Source of the DNA: a virus | Taxonomy: Duplodnaviria > Caudoviricetes | Reading direction: 5' to 3' (one strand) | IMG/VR virus record: IMGVR_UViG_3300032218_003786 | Location: 5,717 to 69,716 of that record | Length of the DNA stretch: 64,000 bases | Part shown: in pieces, positions 7,741-15,378 of the stretch | How positions within the stretch are numbered: position 1 is the first letter of the stretch | How the letters are laid out: each line of letters begins with the position of its first letter | Made by a program: the position numbers and the translations under genes | Notes under the pieces: generated by a model | What the model was told of the DNA's origin: nothing | Databases searched by the model: none | Seen by the model: the letters and a program-made list of their open reading frames with translations, nothing else

Positions 7741-7836
7741 AGGGCGCGGCGTTCATCATCATCGTGGTGGTGGTGCTTGTCTGGTTGATCTCATAGCGCA
7801 GGGGGCGGCGATCCTTCGGGGTCGTCGCCCCTTCGT

Positions 7837-7885
7837 GTTTATGGGCTATGCGTTATGGGTTATGGGTTATGCCTTACGCATAACC
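7837..7885. repeat. Heptamer tract I
   Basis: gtttatg ggctatg cgttatg ggttatg ggttatg ccttacg cataacc, after the hairpin at 7800-7833. Confidence 0.95.
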
Positions 7886-7928
7886 TACGCGAGCGGTACC
7901 CACACCCCTATCCCGATTCTTCCGCGAT

Positions 7929-7960
7929 TCTGGCGCGCTCTGGCGCGCTCTGGCGTGCTC
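7929..7960. repeat. 10-bp tandem repeat TCTGGCG(C/T)GC x3
   Basis: Read directly from the sequence. Confidence 0.85.
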
Positions 7961-7961
7961 C

Positions 7962-7998
7962 CCTTATCGGTGGGATCGGGCGCGCTCTCTGGCATTAT
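7962..7998 (+). promoter_or_regulatory. Conserved promoter-like motif, copy 10
   Basis: CCTTATCGGTGGGATCGG...TCTGGCATTAT. Confidence 0.75.
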
Positions 7999-8120
7999 CA
8001 CTACATCAGGAAGCGGCGTAGATCGCGCCGCCCTGCTAGGCGGGCAGCGCAGTGCTAGACCGATGACGCGAGCAGGGCTCGCTAGGGATCACCCGCCGCA
8101 ATAGTTTGGAGGTGCTCACG

Positions 8121-8351
8121 ATGAAGAAGACACCGCAGCGAATCTGGGCGAAGCAGCCCCGAGTAGACCTCTCGTTCGTACCGATGAAGAATCCCGAGCC
8201 GTACCGAACCTGCGCCGTGGGAAGCGTCAGCGAGCCGCGCTGCGATTACGACGCAACCTACACGCTGGCGGGTCGCCCGTGGCTCCCCGTCTGCTCCTCG
8301 CACGCCGTAGCGATTACGACGCGCTGGGAGTCCGAGCGAGGTCAGCGATGA
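8121..8351 (+). CDS. Hypothetical protein with Cys/His cluster
   Basis: GGAGG RBS; C...C...CSSH. Confidence 0.75.
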   Translation: MKKTPQRIWAKQPRVDLSFVPMKNPEPYRTCAVGSVSEPRCDYDATYTLAGRPWLPVCSSHAVAITTRWESERGQR

Positions 8352-8431
8352 GCGTCATCGCAGCCTTCTTCGGAGTCTGGCTCTGGGGGGTCGCGGTCGC
8401 GTGGCTCCTTGCGCGGATTATTAGCCGCTAG
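8348..8431 (+). CDS. 27-aa hydrophobic peptide
   Basis: ATGA overlap with the upstream gene; MSVIAAFFGVWLWGVAVAWLLARIISR. Confidence 0.6.
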   Translation: MSVIAAFFGVWLWGVAVAWLLARIISR

Positions 8432-8545
8432 GTTATGTGCGGGGGGCGTAAGGCTCCCCGCCAACCCCTCGCACGCGCCCTTCGGGGCGCGGCGCAGGTT
8501 ATAGGGCGCAGGAATATTTTTTATCCAATCCGTAGGGGTTGTGTG

Positions 8546-9163
8546 TCAACCCCTTCTTCCCGTTGCCTTCATCCACCCCACGTAATCCTCTGGGCTATCA
8601 AAATCTTCCGTCTCATCCCCTGTTTCAATCACCCACGCTGCTGTTTTTAGTCGATCGAGCAGCATCCAACCACCACGCTGTGGAATTCCATGCTGATATG
8701 CCGTGTTCACCATGGCTTTTTCAACAAATCCGTACATCTCTCTGCTAAACCCTATGGCAAAAATCTCACGGTGAGTCTTTCCGGTGAATGCTGGGTTATC
8801 AAACCGCAACAAAAACGTCAGTGGCTTTACTGATGCGGCAATATTTTTTATTGCAGTGTCGGTAAAGTAGACGTCTCCGTACAACAGGGTGGTTCGGGAG
8901 TCGCTCCACTCTCCTTTTGAGGAGAGGATTTTCTGACGTTCCGATTTTCTGTGCTCGTGTGGGACGACGATCTCTCCATCAACCCCTACAACATAGTTTG
9001 CGTGGGGTGAGACAACGACAACGCGGTCAAATAGTTGTCGCGCTTGCCGGATGGTGCGGTCAATCAGGCGTTCGCCATCAATTTCTACAAAATGCTTTGC
9101 TACCCCACCGTAATCTGCCCACCGAGTCGCTGCTCCGCCGGCCAGAATAAACGCCGTGTGCAT
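8546..9163 (-). CDS. Nucleotidyltransferase (MobA/NTP_transf-like)
   Basis: ILAGGAATRW..GGVAKHFVEIDGERLIDR and LLYGDVYF; start coupled to the thioredoxin stop. Confidence 0.85.
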   Translation of the reverse strand: MHTAFILAGGAATRWADYGGVAKHFVEIDGERLIDRTIRQARQLFDRVVVVSPHANYVVGVDGEIVVPHEHRKSERQKILSSKGEWSDSRTTLLYGDVYFTDTAIKNIAASVKPLTFLLRFDNPAFTGKTHREIFAIGFSREMYGFVEKAMVNTAYQHGIPQRGGWMLLDRLKTAAWVIETGDETEDFDSPEDYVGWMKATGRRG

Positions 9164-9465
9164 TAGTCGGCAAGTTTTCGGGCGATTTCCTCGGCGCGAG
9201 CGAATCCCATGATCTGGCGAGGGGCTCCGTCCACCGGAATGTAGATCATCATCGGAATGGTACGGACTTCCCACTGCTTGATGAGGTCTCGATCGACGTC
9301 CACGTTGATCTTGATGACCTCGACATGGGGGTTGAGGGCTGCAAAGCGGTCCACTTCCGGCATGGTGCGCTTGCACGGCTCGCACCAGGGCGCCCAGAAC
9401 TCCAAAAGAAGGGCCTTAGAGCCACGGAGAGCGTCGATACGTGCTTGAGGGCTGTCTTGGTGCAT
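9163..9465 (-). CDS. Thioredoxin
   Basis: EFWAPWCEPCK active site; VRTIP cis-Pro motif; AAGGAG RBS. Confidence 0.93.
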   Translation of the reverse strand: MHQDSPQARIDALRGSKALLLEFWAPWCEPCKRTMPEVDRFAALNPHVEVIKINVDVDRDLIKQWEVRTIPMMIYIPVDGAPRQIMGFARAEEIARKLAD

Positions 9466-9560
9466 TGGTGGCTCCTTCGGACTGCTGGAGGGGGCAAAAA
9501 GGGCCCCGGCTTGCGCCAAGGGCCCGTTTTGTGGACGTCTCCCTCCGAAATATGGATTGG

Positions 9561-9941
9561 TTAGAACGGGATGTCCAGATCCCCTACGGTATCAGTAGCA
9601 GTCGAGCCCTGATCAGCCTGCGAACTGCCATCTTTCTTCTGCTTTTCGACCTGCAAGAAGCGGCAAGAGATCGAAATCTCGCTGCGTGCGGTTCCCTGCT
9701 TGTCGGTCCATGAAGAGACGCTTGGAATGCCCTCAACATAGACCAAATCGCCCTTACGAACGATCTTTTCAGCGATCTCTGCCTTTGCATCCCAGCAAGA
9801 GACGCTATACCACGTCGTCTTCTGCTCTCCCGCCTCTTTCTGGTTGTCTGCAACGCTGAAGTTGGCAACGGTCTTGCCCGTCTTCGTGTTACGGAGTACT
9901 GGGTCGCTCCCGACGCGACCGAGAAGTGTCACCTTGATCAT
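9561..9941 (-). CDS. ssb: Single-stranded DNA-binding protein
   Basis: KVTLLGRVGSDP..., KGDLVYVEG, acidic DLDIPF C-terminus. Confidence 0.95.
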   Translation of the reverse strand: MIKVTLLGRVGSDPVLRNTKTGKTVANFSVADNQKEAGEQKTTWYSVSCWDAKAEIAEKIVRKGDLVYVEGIPSVSSWTDKQGTARSEISISCRFLQVEKQKKDGSSQADQGSTATDTVGDLDIPF

Positions 9942-10309
9942 CCTAGATCTCCTTCCTGCCAGATCGACAGGTCTACATATTCGGTGTCCTGCTGTGTCTG
10001 GAGAGACCAGACTCGCGGCAAAAACCACCGATCATTTATCCCCAAACCTGACGCAACTGCGTCAAGCGTGAGTTTGAGGATGTTATCGGCGTCCATTGGC
10101 CTCTTCAGGCTGATGGAGATGTCGACAATCGTCCTCTCTTCTTTGGCGGACCAGGCACTCTCTGTTGCCTGAGCCCGCACTAACGATTCTATCAGAGTCT
10201 TCCACTCTTTGGCGATCCGAGTCTTGTAGACAATGCTCCCATGAGCGCGGTATGCCGCATTCCATGACGGCGGTCTACCGAGCAGCCGTATCCTCAACGG
10301 CTCGCGCAC
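9938..10309 (-). CDS. rusA: RusA-family Holliday junction resolvase (start uncertain)
   Basis: PPSWN and PMDADNILKLTLDAVASGLGINDR motifs. Confidence 0.85.
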   Translation of the reverse strand: MREPLRIRLLGRPPSWNAAYRAHGSIVYKTRIAKEWKTLIESLVRAQATESAWSAKEERTIVDISISLKRPMDADNILKLTLDAVASGLGINDRWFLPRVWSLQTQQDTEYVDLSIWQEGDLG

Positions 10310-10961
10310 GAGGGCGATAGTCGGGGGCGTCCATACGGACGACTCTGCATGTTTGTTGGAGCCGAGAGATTGCTGGACCATAGCCAAGATCATCCAATTC
10401 ATCAAGCGTGCGATTACTGGTAGCAATCGTAGGCTTACAGGCACTATACCTGCTCTCGATCAGCACGTACAGTTTTTCAGACGCCCAATCAGTTGCTCGT
10501 TCCTTCCCCAAGTCATCGAGGACGACCACGGATGCCTTGTCTAGGCAGTATTCGAATAATTGCGATGCCTCTCCCTCAGAGTATTTCATCTGAGAACGCA
10601 ACCGCTCAAGGAAGAGTGGCACGTTAAGGAAGCGCATCTTCTGGAGTGGTGCGTTACTGGGGTCGTAGTAGATATTCTTATCCACCTCAAGCGTACGCTC
10701 GTGTAGCCAGTGTTCTGCCTTGCCACGCAGTGCTGCGACTGCTAGGTGTGTCTTTCCCGTGCCAGGCATACCGAGGAGCATGAAGCCCTGATCGGTTAGC
10801 GGTCGGGTTATCCACTCTTGTGCAGCATCAAAGCCCTTCTCAGTGCCTGCACGGACTATCCAGTTAGAAAGGGATGAGGCAGCGTGACGCTGCGGAATCC
10901 CTACTTTTTTTAAAAAATTTTCACTTAGTTCCGCCTGCGGCGGATTCGTCTCGGCAATCAT
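10275..10961 (-). CDS. DnaC/IstB-like ATPase, helicase loader
   Basis: Walker A GMPGTGKT, Walker B VVVLDDLG, LIESRY...TIATSN. Confidence 0.92.
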   Translation of the reverse strand: MIAETNPPQAELSENFLKKVGIPQRHAASSLSNWIVRAGTEKGFDAAQEWITRPLTDQGFMLLGMPGTGKTHLAVAALRGKAEHWLHERTLEVDKNIYYDPSNAPLQKMRFLNVPLFLERLRSQMKYSEGEASQLFEYCLDKASVVVLDDLGKERATDWASEKLYVLIESRYSACKPTIATSNRTLDELDDLGYGPAISRLQQTCRVVRMDAPDYRPRARAVEDTAAR

Positions 10962-11018
10962 GCCTCGCCTCCATTCTCAAATGTCCGTCCGCGACGGACA
11001 TTTGTGTGCATGTGTTTG

Positions 11019-11741
11019 TTATTCGACGAAAGTGTCCCGGCTTTCGGATCGAGTGGTGGTTGGCACCGCATTGCCACGACCACGATTCTGACCAAGTTTG
11101 GTGATGTACGCAATGTAGTCACCCTTCACATCACGTAGTGCAGCCTCGCATACCGCAGACATGAGCGCTGGAATGCCCCCCGGGAATGCCTTGATGAGTC
11201 GTGCCACGCGACCATAATCTGTCTTGTCTGGAATGATGCCGAACTGCGCCGCGATAAATTCGGTCATGCGCCCCTGCGTGTTTGGGCCCTGTACCACGTA
11301 CTCGAGCCACTCTTTCATTGTCCTGACTGGTACAGGAGAATCCTCGATATGGTTGAGTTCCAGCCGATCGTATCGACCCCGCGCAGCCGCTGCCTTCTTC
11401 ATGCGCTCATCGCGCGCGGCATCCTGTGGGGTCTCCTGCCACTCGTCCCAATCGTGAACAACGAGGCCATCAAGCAGTCCAACCCGTCGGAATACGGCAA
11501 GCCACTTAGCGTTCTGCGTTCCAATGACCGCTTCAATGTGTTGATCGGATTCAAACACGCCATGGGTCTCAGATGCCGCGCAAAGCAAGACGACCCACGC
11601 CCATCGCGCGTTGTTATCAGGCAGTCGCCACAACTTCTTATGCTTTGGAAGATCGCTGTAGCAGCGCCACCAGACACGCGCAACGGTTTCCTTCGCGATC
11701 AGATCCTCGGGGAAGAATGGAACATTTTCGTACTCATTCAT
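11019..11741 (-). CDS. Phage replication initiator / replisome organiser
   Basis: HDWDEWQ motif; lies directly upstream of the DnaC-like gene. Confidence 0.7.
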   Translation of the reverse strand: MNEYENVPFFPEDLIAKETVARVWWRCYSDLPKHKKLWRLPDNNARWAWVVLLCAASETHGVFESDQHIEAVIGTQNAKWLAVFRRVGLLDGLVVHDWDEWQETPQDAARDERMKKAAAARGRYDRLELNHIEDSPVPVRTMKEWLEYVVQGPNTQGRMTEFIAAQFGIIPDKTDYGRVARLIKAFPGGIPALMSAVCEAALRDVKGDYIAYITKLGQNRGRGNAVPTTTRSESRDTFVE

Positions 11742-11895
11742 TAGCGGTCACTCCTCCGTTCAGGCAAACTTCACAGCCGCAGACAGCATAGTTGCGGCAC
11801 TTCTCGCATCTCCATACTCCCATAACCATCATGGTTTCGCTAGACTCGTCGCCGCAATCTGAGCAGGGTGCGTACCCTTCTTCTTCAGGATTCAC
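11734..11895 (-). CDS. Cys-rich zinc-finger protein, 53 aa (not in the ORF track)
   Basis: GAGGAGG RBS, GTG start; CSDC...CEKC...CGCEVC. Confidence 0.7.
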   Translation of the reverse strand: MNPEEEGYAPCSDCGDESSETMMVMGVWRCEKCRNYAVCGCEVCLNGGVTANE

Positions 11896-12205
11896 TTGGA
11901 AAGCCTCCTCCTACCTTTGACATAAAAGCAATGAGCGCCAGTGGATTGCGAAGATTAAAGAGCGCAATGGCTGGCGTCAACCCCTCGGCAACAATTCGAA
12001 AGAATCCGTCTCTATCCGTCACGCACGCAACATACTTACCTTCGTGGTGCTCAACTGAAAGTTGCATATACACCGGAAGGTACATTTTCAAGATTGACAC
12101 AACACATGAAACGCAATCGCGCTCAAGTATTGGCTGGGTCGAGCCAGCAGCGTGTGAACATTCTGGTGGCTTAATGTCGTAGAACTCAGTCAACAACACT
12201 GCCAT
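11885..12205 (-). CDS. Hypothetical protein
   Basis: ORF packed within the operon. Confidence 0.7.
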   Translation of the reverse strand: MAVLLTEFYDIKPPECSHAAGSTQPILERDCVSCVVSILKMYLPVYMQLSVEHHEGKYVACVTDRDGFFRIVAEGLTPAIALFNLRNPLALIAFMSKVGGGFPSES

Positions 12206-12209
12206 AATG

Positions 12210-13121
12210 CTATCTCAGCCTTGGTAGGTCTTGCAAAGTTTTCTGTGCGTTTTCTGCAAGAGTCGGTACAAGCATCTTCAATTCGCGTCGGCTATCTGGA
12301 AGTTTCTGTGGATGACTCTCCCACTTATCGCACATCGCTCGGAACTCGCACTTCTCATGAATGAAGGCTGTTGGGTTTGGGTAGACCGCGCCCTTCTCTC
12401 GGGCATCAAGGAATGAGCGGACCTGGATGTACAGGCGGTCAATCTGATCCTGGTTGCGCCGAGTAATGCGTCGATCAACGTTTGGACCTTTGGCAGACTT
12501 GCTGATGATGTTAAACGTGATCTCGGGGTCATGCCCAAAGTTTTCACGGATTGCCATAGCGTATGCCGTCGCCTGGATGTCTCCATGCTCCCTGCCAAGT
12601 TCCCATTTCCTATCAGCAGTCTTGTGCTCAACAACATCCCTGTTGGTTGTCATCATGTCGAGCGTCGCCTTCAACTGAATCGGCAACGTGCCCAATTTGC
12701 TATGGCGAATGTCCGACATCAGCGTTGCCTCAATGCCATTTTCGGTGTGCGGCAACCAGTTGTCTCCAGCGGAGATTGCGGCACTGAGCATCTCATACCC
12801 AACCGCGCTATCAATCAGCGGGTCGTGCTTGTCCTCTTTAATCCAGTCAACTTTTTCTGCCTCTTGCTGATATGTCTCGCCGTAAGCGCGGAAGGCAAAC
12901 TCAGGCTTCTGCTTTTTGGTCGCGTAGTACATTGCGAGACCCGCGTGTACGGCCGTACCAAGAGCAAAAAATGGAGTCGTTCGCTCCGTCCAGAGGCCCA
13001 TCTTGTACTTGTACCACCAACGAAGCGGACACGAAAGGTATTCACGCAACTCGCTTACGCTGATGTATGTGGGATTCCTCTCCACATACCCGTGTCCGCC
13101 AATGTCTGGGAAGTCGCTCAT
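12210..13121 (-). CDS. PD-(D/E)XK (RecB-family) exonuclease
   Basis: SVSELREYLSCP, LDMM..VVEHKT, Q..AYA, C-terminal CEFRAMC. Confidence 0.9.
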   Translation of the reverse strand: MSDFPDIGGHGYVERNPTYISVSELREYLSCPLRWWYKYKMGLWTERTTPFFALGTAVHAGLAMYYATKKQKPEFAFRAYGETYQQEAEKVDWIKEDKHDPLIDSAVGYEMLSAAISAGDNWLPHTENGIEATLMSDIRHSKLGTLPIQLKATLDMMTTNRDVVEHKTADRKWELGREHGDIQATAYAMAIRENFGHDPEITFNIISKSAKGPNVDRRITRRNQDQIDRLYIQVRSFLDAREKGAVYPNPTAFIHEKCEFRAMCDKWESHPQKLPDSRRELKMLVPTLAENAQKTLQDLPRLR

Positions 13122-13744
13122 GCAACCTTCCCGACGATTGCTTCACGTCGTGCCTTGTATACGTCGGCAAGATACTTGCGCGAATCAACGCTCAAATTTG
13201 TCTTGCTGATATCGAGACCAATTTGCTGAAGTGACTCAAGCGTATTGCACTCAACAATCACAGACGACCACTCATCGCAGGCGACTTGCTCGTCTGCCAT
13301 TGGCGCAGGTGCCGACTTCTTTGTCTTCGTTTCCTTGATTACGCCATCTGAATCCGTAGCGCGAGGTGAATCTTCTCGCTTCGCCTTGATCTCGTCGTCA
13401 GATGCAATGCGCTTCGATGGCAGGCCGGCCATTACAAGCGCGCGACCAACGGCCGATGTCTCGCAGTTCTCAATCTCAGAGCCACGCGTATACGGCGTTG
13501 CGCCTGGGATCTGCATCGCGCTGTGACCAATGCCTGCTGGGCGGTCATCAATAAAACCAAGTTCGTCATTTGGCCCACTGTCACCCTTTGCTCCACGGTA
13601 TGCGCGAGCCTCAATAACTACGCGCTTTTCATTGTGCTCAACGATGCGCGTCTCGATGCGACCGTTGGGGTATGCGTCATACCAACCACGGATGCGCTCT
13701 GCAACATCGACGTAATCCTTAAGTGCGCTCTTATCAAACGGCAT
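13118..13744 (-). CDS. Single-strand annealing recombinase (Rad52/Sak-like)
   Basis: YVDVAERI...YPNGRIET...ENCETSAVGRAL; adjacent to the exonuclease. Confidence 0.75.
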   Translation of the reverse strand: MPFDKSALKDYVDVAERIRGWYDAYPNGRIETRIVEHNEKRVVIEARAYRGAKGDSGPNDELGFIDDRPAGIGHSAMQIPGATPYTRGSEIENCETSAVGRALVMAGLPSKRIASDDEIKAKREDSPRATDSDGVIKETKTKKSAPAPMADEQVACDEWSSVIVECNTLESLQQIGLDISKTNLSVDSRKYLADVYKARREAIVGKVA

Positions 13745-14008
13745 TTACTTTACCTCCCCTTCCTCAATATCAATGAACAATTCGGACTCGGGTTTGCCCA
13801 AGTACGTGCTCAATTTCTTCTTCAACGATTCAGTCATTGGGCTCTGCCCATACTGAACCTGATTAAGGTACCCATAAGAGATACCCAGGTGCTGCGCAAC
13901 CCATCGTCGCTTCACTCCAGATGCTTGGATGATGTCCCAAACTTTCTGGGTAGACTTCCGCTGCAGGCTTCGCTGCCCTGCGTTGTGTGGTCCGCTTTGC
14001 TTACTCAT
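13745..14008 (-). CDS. XRE-family HTH regulator
   Basis: KRRWVAQHLGISYGYLNQVQYG; GGGAGG RBS. Confidence 0.85.
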   Translation of the reverse strand: MSKQSGPHNAGQRSLQRKSTQKVWDIIQASGVKRRWVAQHLGISYGYLNQVQYGQSPMTESLKKKLSTYLGKPESELFIDIEEGEVK

Positions 14009-14315
14009 ACGCAACCTCCCCAGTATCGACAAATCCGCTTCGAGCCCAATCCATATAGGCGGCGAATGCTCCGTATACGCACCACTTGCGCAATTCTGGA
14101 TCAAGAGAATAGGCTGGGTTCTCCTCCATACACTTTTGGACGGCGGAGTCTACCATCTCTCTGCCGGCTTGGATCTGCCCCTCGTCGTAAATGCCTTTCG
14201 GCCTTTCCAAGTCAAACAAAAATGCTTGCATGTAACCTGCGCCAAGAAGTTCCATCTCTTGCTCCGTACGGATTTGCTGGACTCTTGCCAGCAAATCTTC
14301 AATCTCTTCAGGCAT
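14001..14315 (-). CDS. Hypothetical protein
   Basis: GAAGG RBS; overlaps the next start. Confidence 0.7.
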   Translation of the reverse strand: MPEEIEDLLARVQQIRTEQEMELLGAGYMQAFLFDLERPKGIYDEGQIQAGREMVDSAVQKCMEENPAYSLDPELRKWCVYGAFAAYMDWARSGFVDTGEVAYE

Positions 14316-14316
14316 T

Positions 14317-14571
14317 TCAGCCAACCTTCTTTCCCGCCCTATCAAGAACTTGATAGACGCGCTGCCTAGATACGCCAAGTTCAGCCGCAATCTCAGTCAT
14401 CTTCATACCCGATGCACGCTTGGCAAGAATTGCCTCTGCGCGAACAAGGTTTCCCTGCTGCCTAGATGATTTCTTTTGGACAAGAGAACAATCCCAGCAC
14501 CGGATAGTCTTCAGGGTAGACTTCTTTCCTCCGCAATCAGCACAGTTCATGGTTGTGTCCCTCATAGGCAA
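14317..14571 (-). CDS. Zinc ribbon plus sigma70 region-4-like HTH protein
   Basis: CADC...CWDC then MKMTEIAAELGVSRQRVYQVL. Confidence 0.85.
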   Translation of the reverse strand: MPMRDTTMNCADCGGKKSTLKTIRCWDCSLVQKKSSRQQGNLVRAEAILAKRASGMKMTEIAAELGVSRQRVYQVLDRAGKKVG

Positions 14572-14598
14572 TAAGTATGAGCCACTACGAACGTATCG

Positions 14599-14805
14599 TC
14601 AAGCCCGATCCTGCTTCTCTGTGGCAATCATGTTGCTATTGCGGAGTTCCGCACAGGATATATGCAGTTGGACTGCTCCTATCGTGAGCAGGGGTCCAAG
14701 GTTTTGTATGGCTGCCTGCTTATCCTGAAGCCGAACTCGGTTAGGGCAATGTGCCCACTGACAAATTGCATTAACTCGTGCTATTTGATCCTGAAACCGC
14801 ACCAT
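14599..14805 (-). CDS. Hypothetical protein
   Basis: AAGGAG RBS. Confidence 0.6.
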   Translation of the reverse strand: MVRFQDQIARVNAICQWAHCPNRVRLQDKQAAIQNLGPLLTIGAVQLHISCAELRNSNMIATEKQDRA

Positions 14806-15100
14806 TTACATTCTCCTTATGATCTAAATACTCATTAAGCAGCAGTCTCCACTTTTTGGAGGACTCAGTTTTCATCCTGTGATGCCAGCCGCAAAGCAAC
14901 ACGCAGTTGCCCATAGTGCTTGGTCCGCGCTTGCCGAATCCACCTGAGTTTACATGATCTACCTCAAGAATGATATGAGATCCAGATCCAAACTGGCTTC
15001 CACATGCCTCCGGCATCCCTATGCCCACACCAACGCAGCCCTTATCCCGGCTTTGTAGGGCTTGGCGAAGTTCGTTGGTAACGGGGTCTTTATGCCCCAC
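14771..15100 (-). CDS. HNH endonuclease
   Basis: RDKGC...EVDHV...GNCVLLCGWHHRMKT. Confidence 0.9.
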   Translation of the reverse strand: MGHKDPVTNELRQALQSRDKGCVGVGIGMPEACGSQFGSGSHIILEVDHVNSGGFGKRGPSTMGNCVLLCGWHHRMKTESSKKWRLLLNEYLDHKENVNGAVSGSNSTS

Positions 15101-15378
15101 TAGGACTCATCTTCTTCAATGCGGTTTTGTTCATTAAGCCGTGCGGTCACCTCAAATTGGCGAGCAAGTTTGGCAAGTTTTAAGGAAGCGCCCTGAAGGG
15201 AGATTGTGTCTTTTGATTCTTTTGCGGCCATGCTTGCAAGGGCGTAATACATACTTAGTTGGTGCAACTCAGAAGAGGTTTGGCGAAGTATTGCCGCAAC
15301 CCCCAATGGCGCTGGCGCAGCAGGAGCGGATGCCACCTCCAGTTCCTTTTTCCGTGAAAATAGTTTACTTAGCAGCAC
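15100..15378 (-). CDS. Hypothetical protein
   Basis: ORF in the operon, overlapping its neighbours. Confidence 0.65.
   Translation of the reverse strand: MLLSKLFSRKKELEVASAPAAPAPLGVAAILRQTSSELHQLSMYYALASMAAKESKDTISLQGASLKLAKLARQFEVTARLNEQNRIEEDES

Noticed and set aside
884-7998. CRISPR array interpretation of the repeated motif
   Set aside because: The copies are 560-970 bp apart and separated by whole genes; there is no cas operon, and the PD-(D/E)XK gene sits with an annealing protein.
392-8431. Classical integron
   Set aside because: No IntI or other tyrosine recombinase in the window, and the units carry their own promoters and terminators; kept only as an analogy.
8546-9385. 279-aa version of the nucleotidyltransferase and other extended N-termini (806, 6957, 9519, 10028, 55648)
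   Set aside because: The extensions overlap neighbouring genes or regulatory DNA; downstream starts have an RBS or coupling and match domain boundaries.
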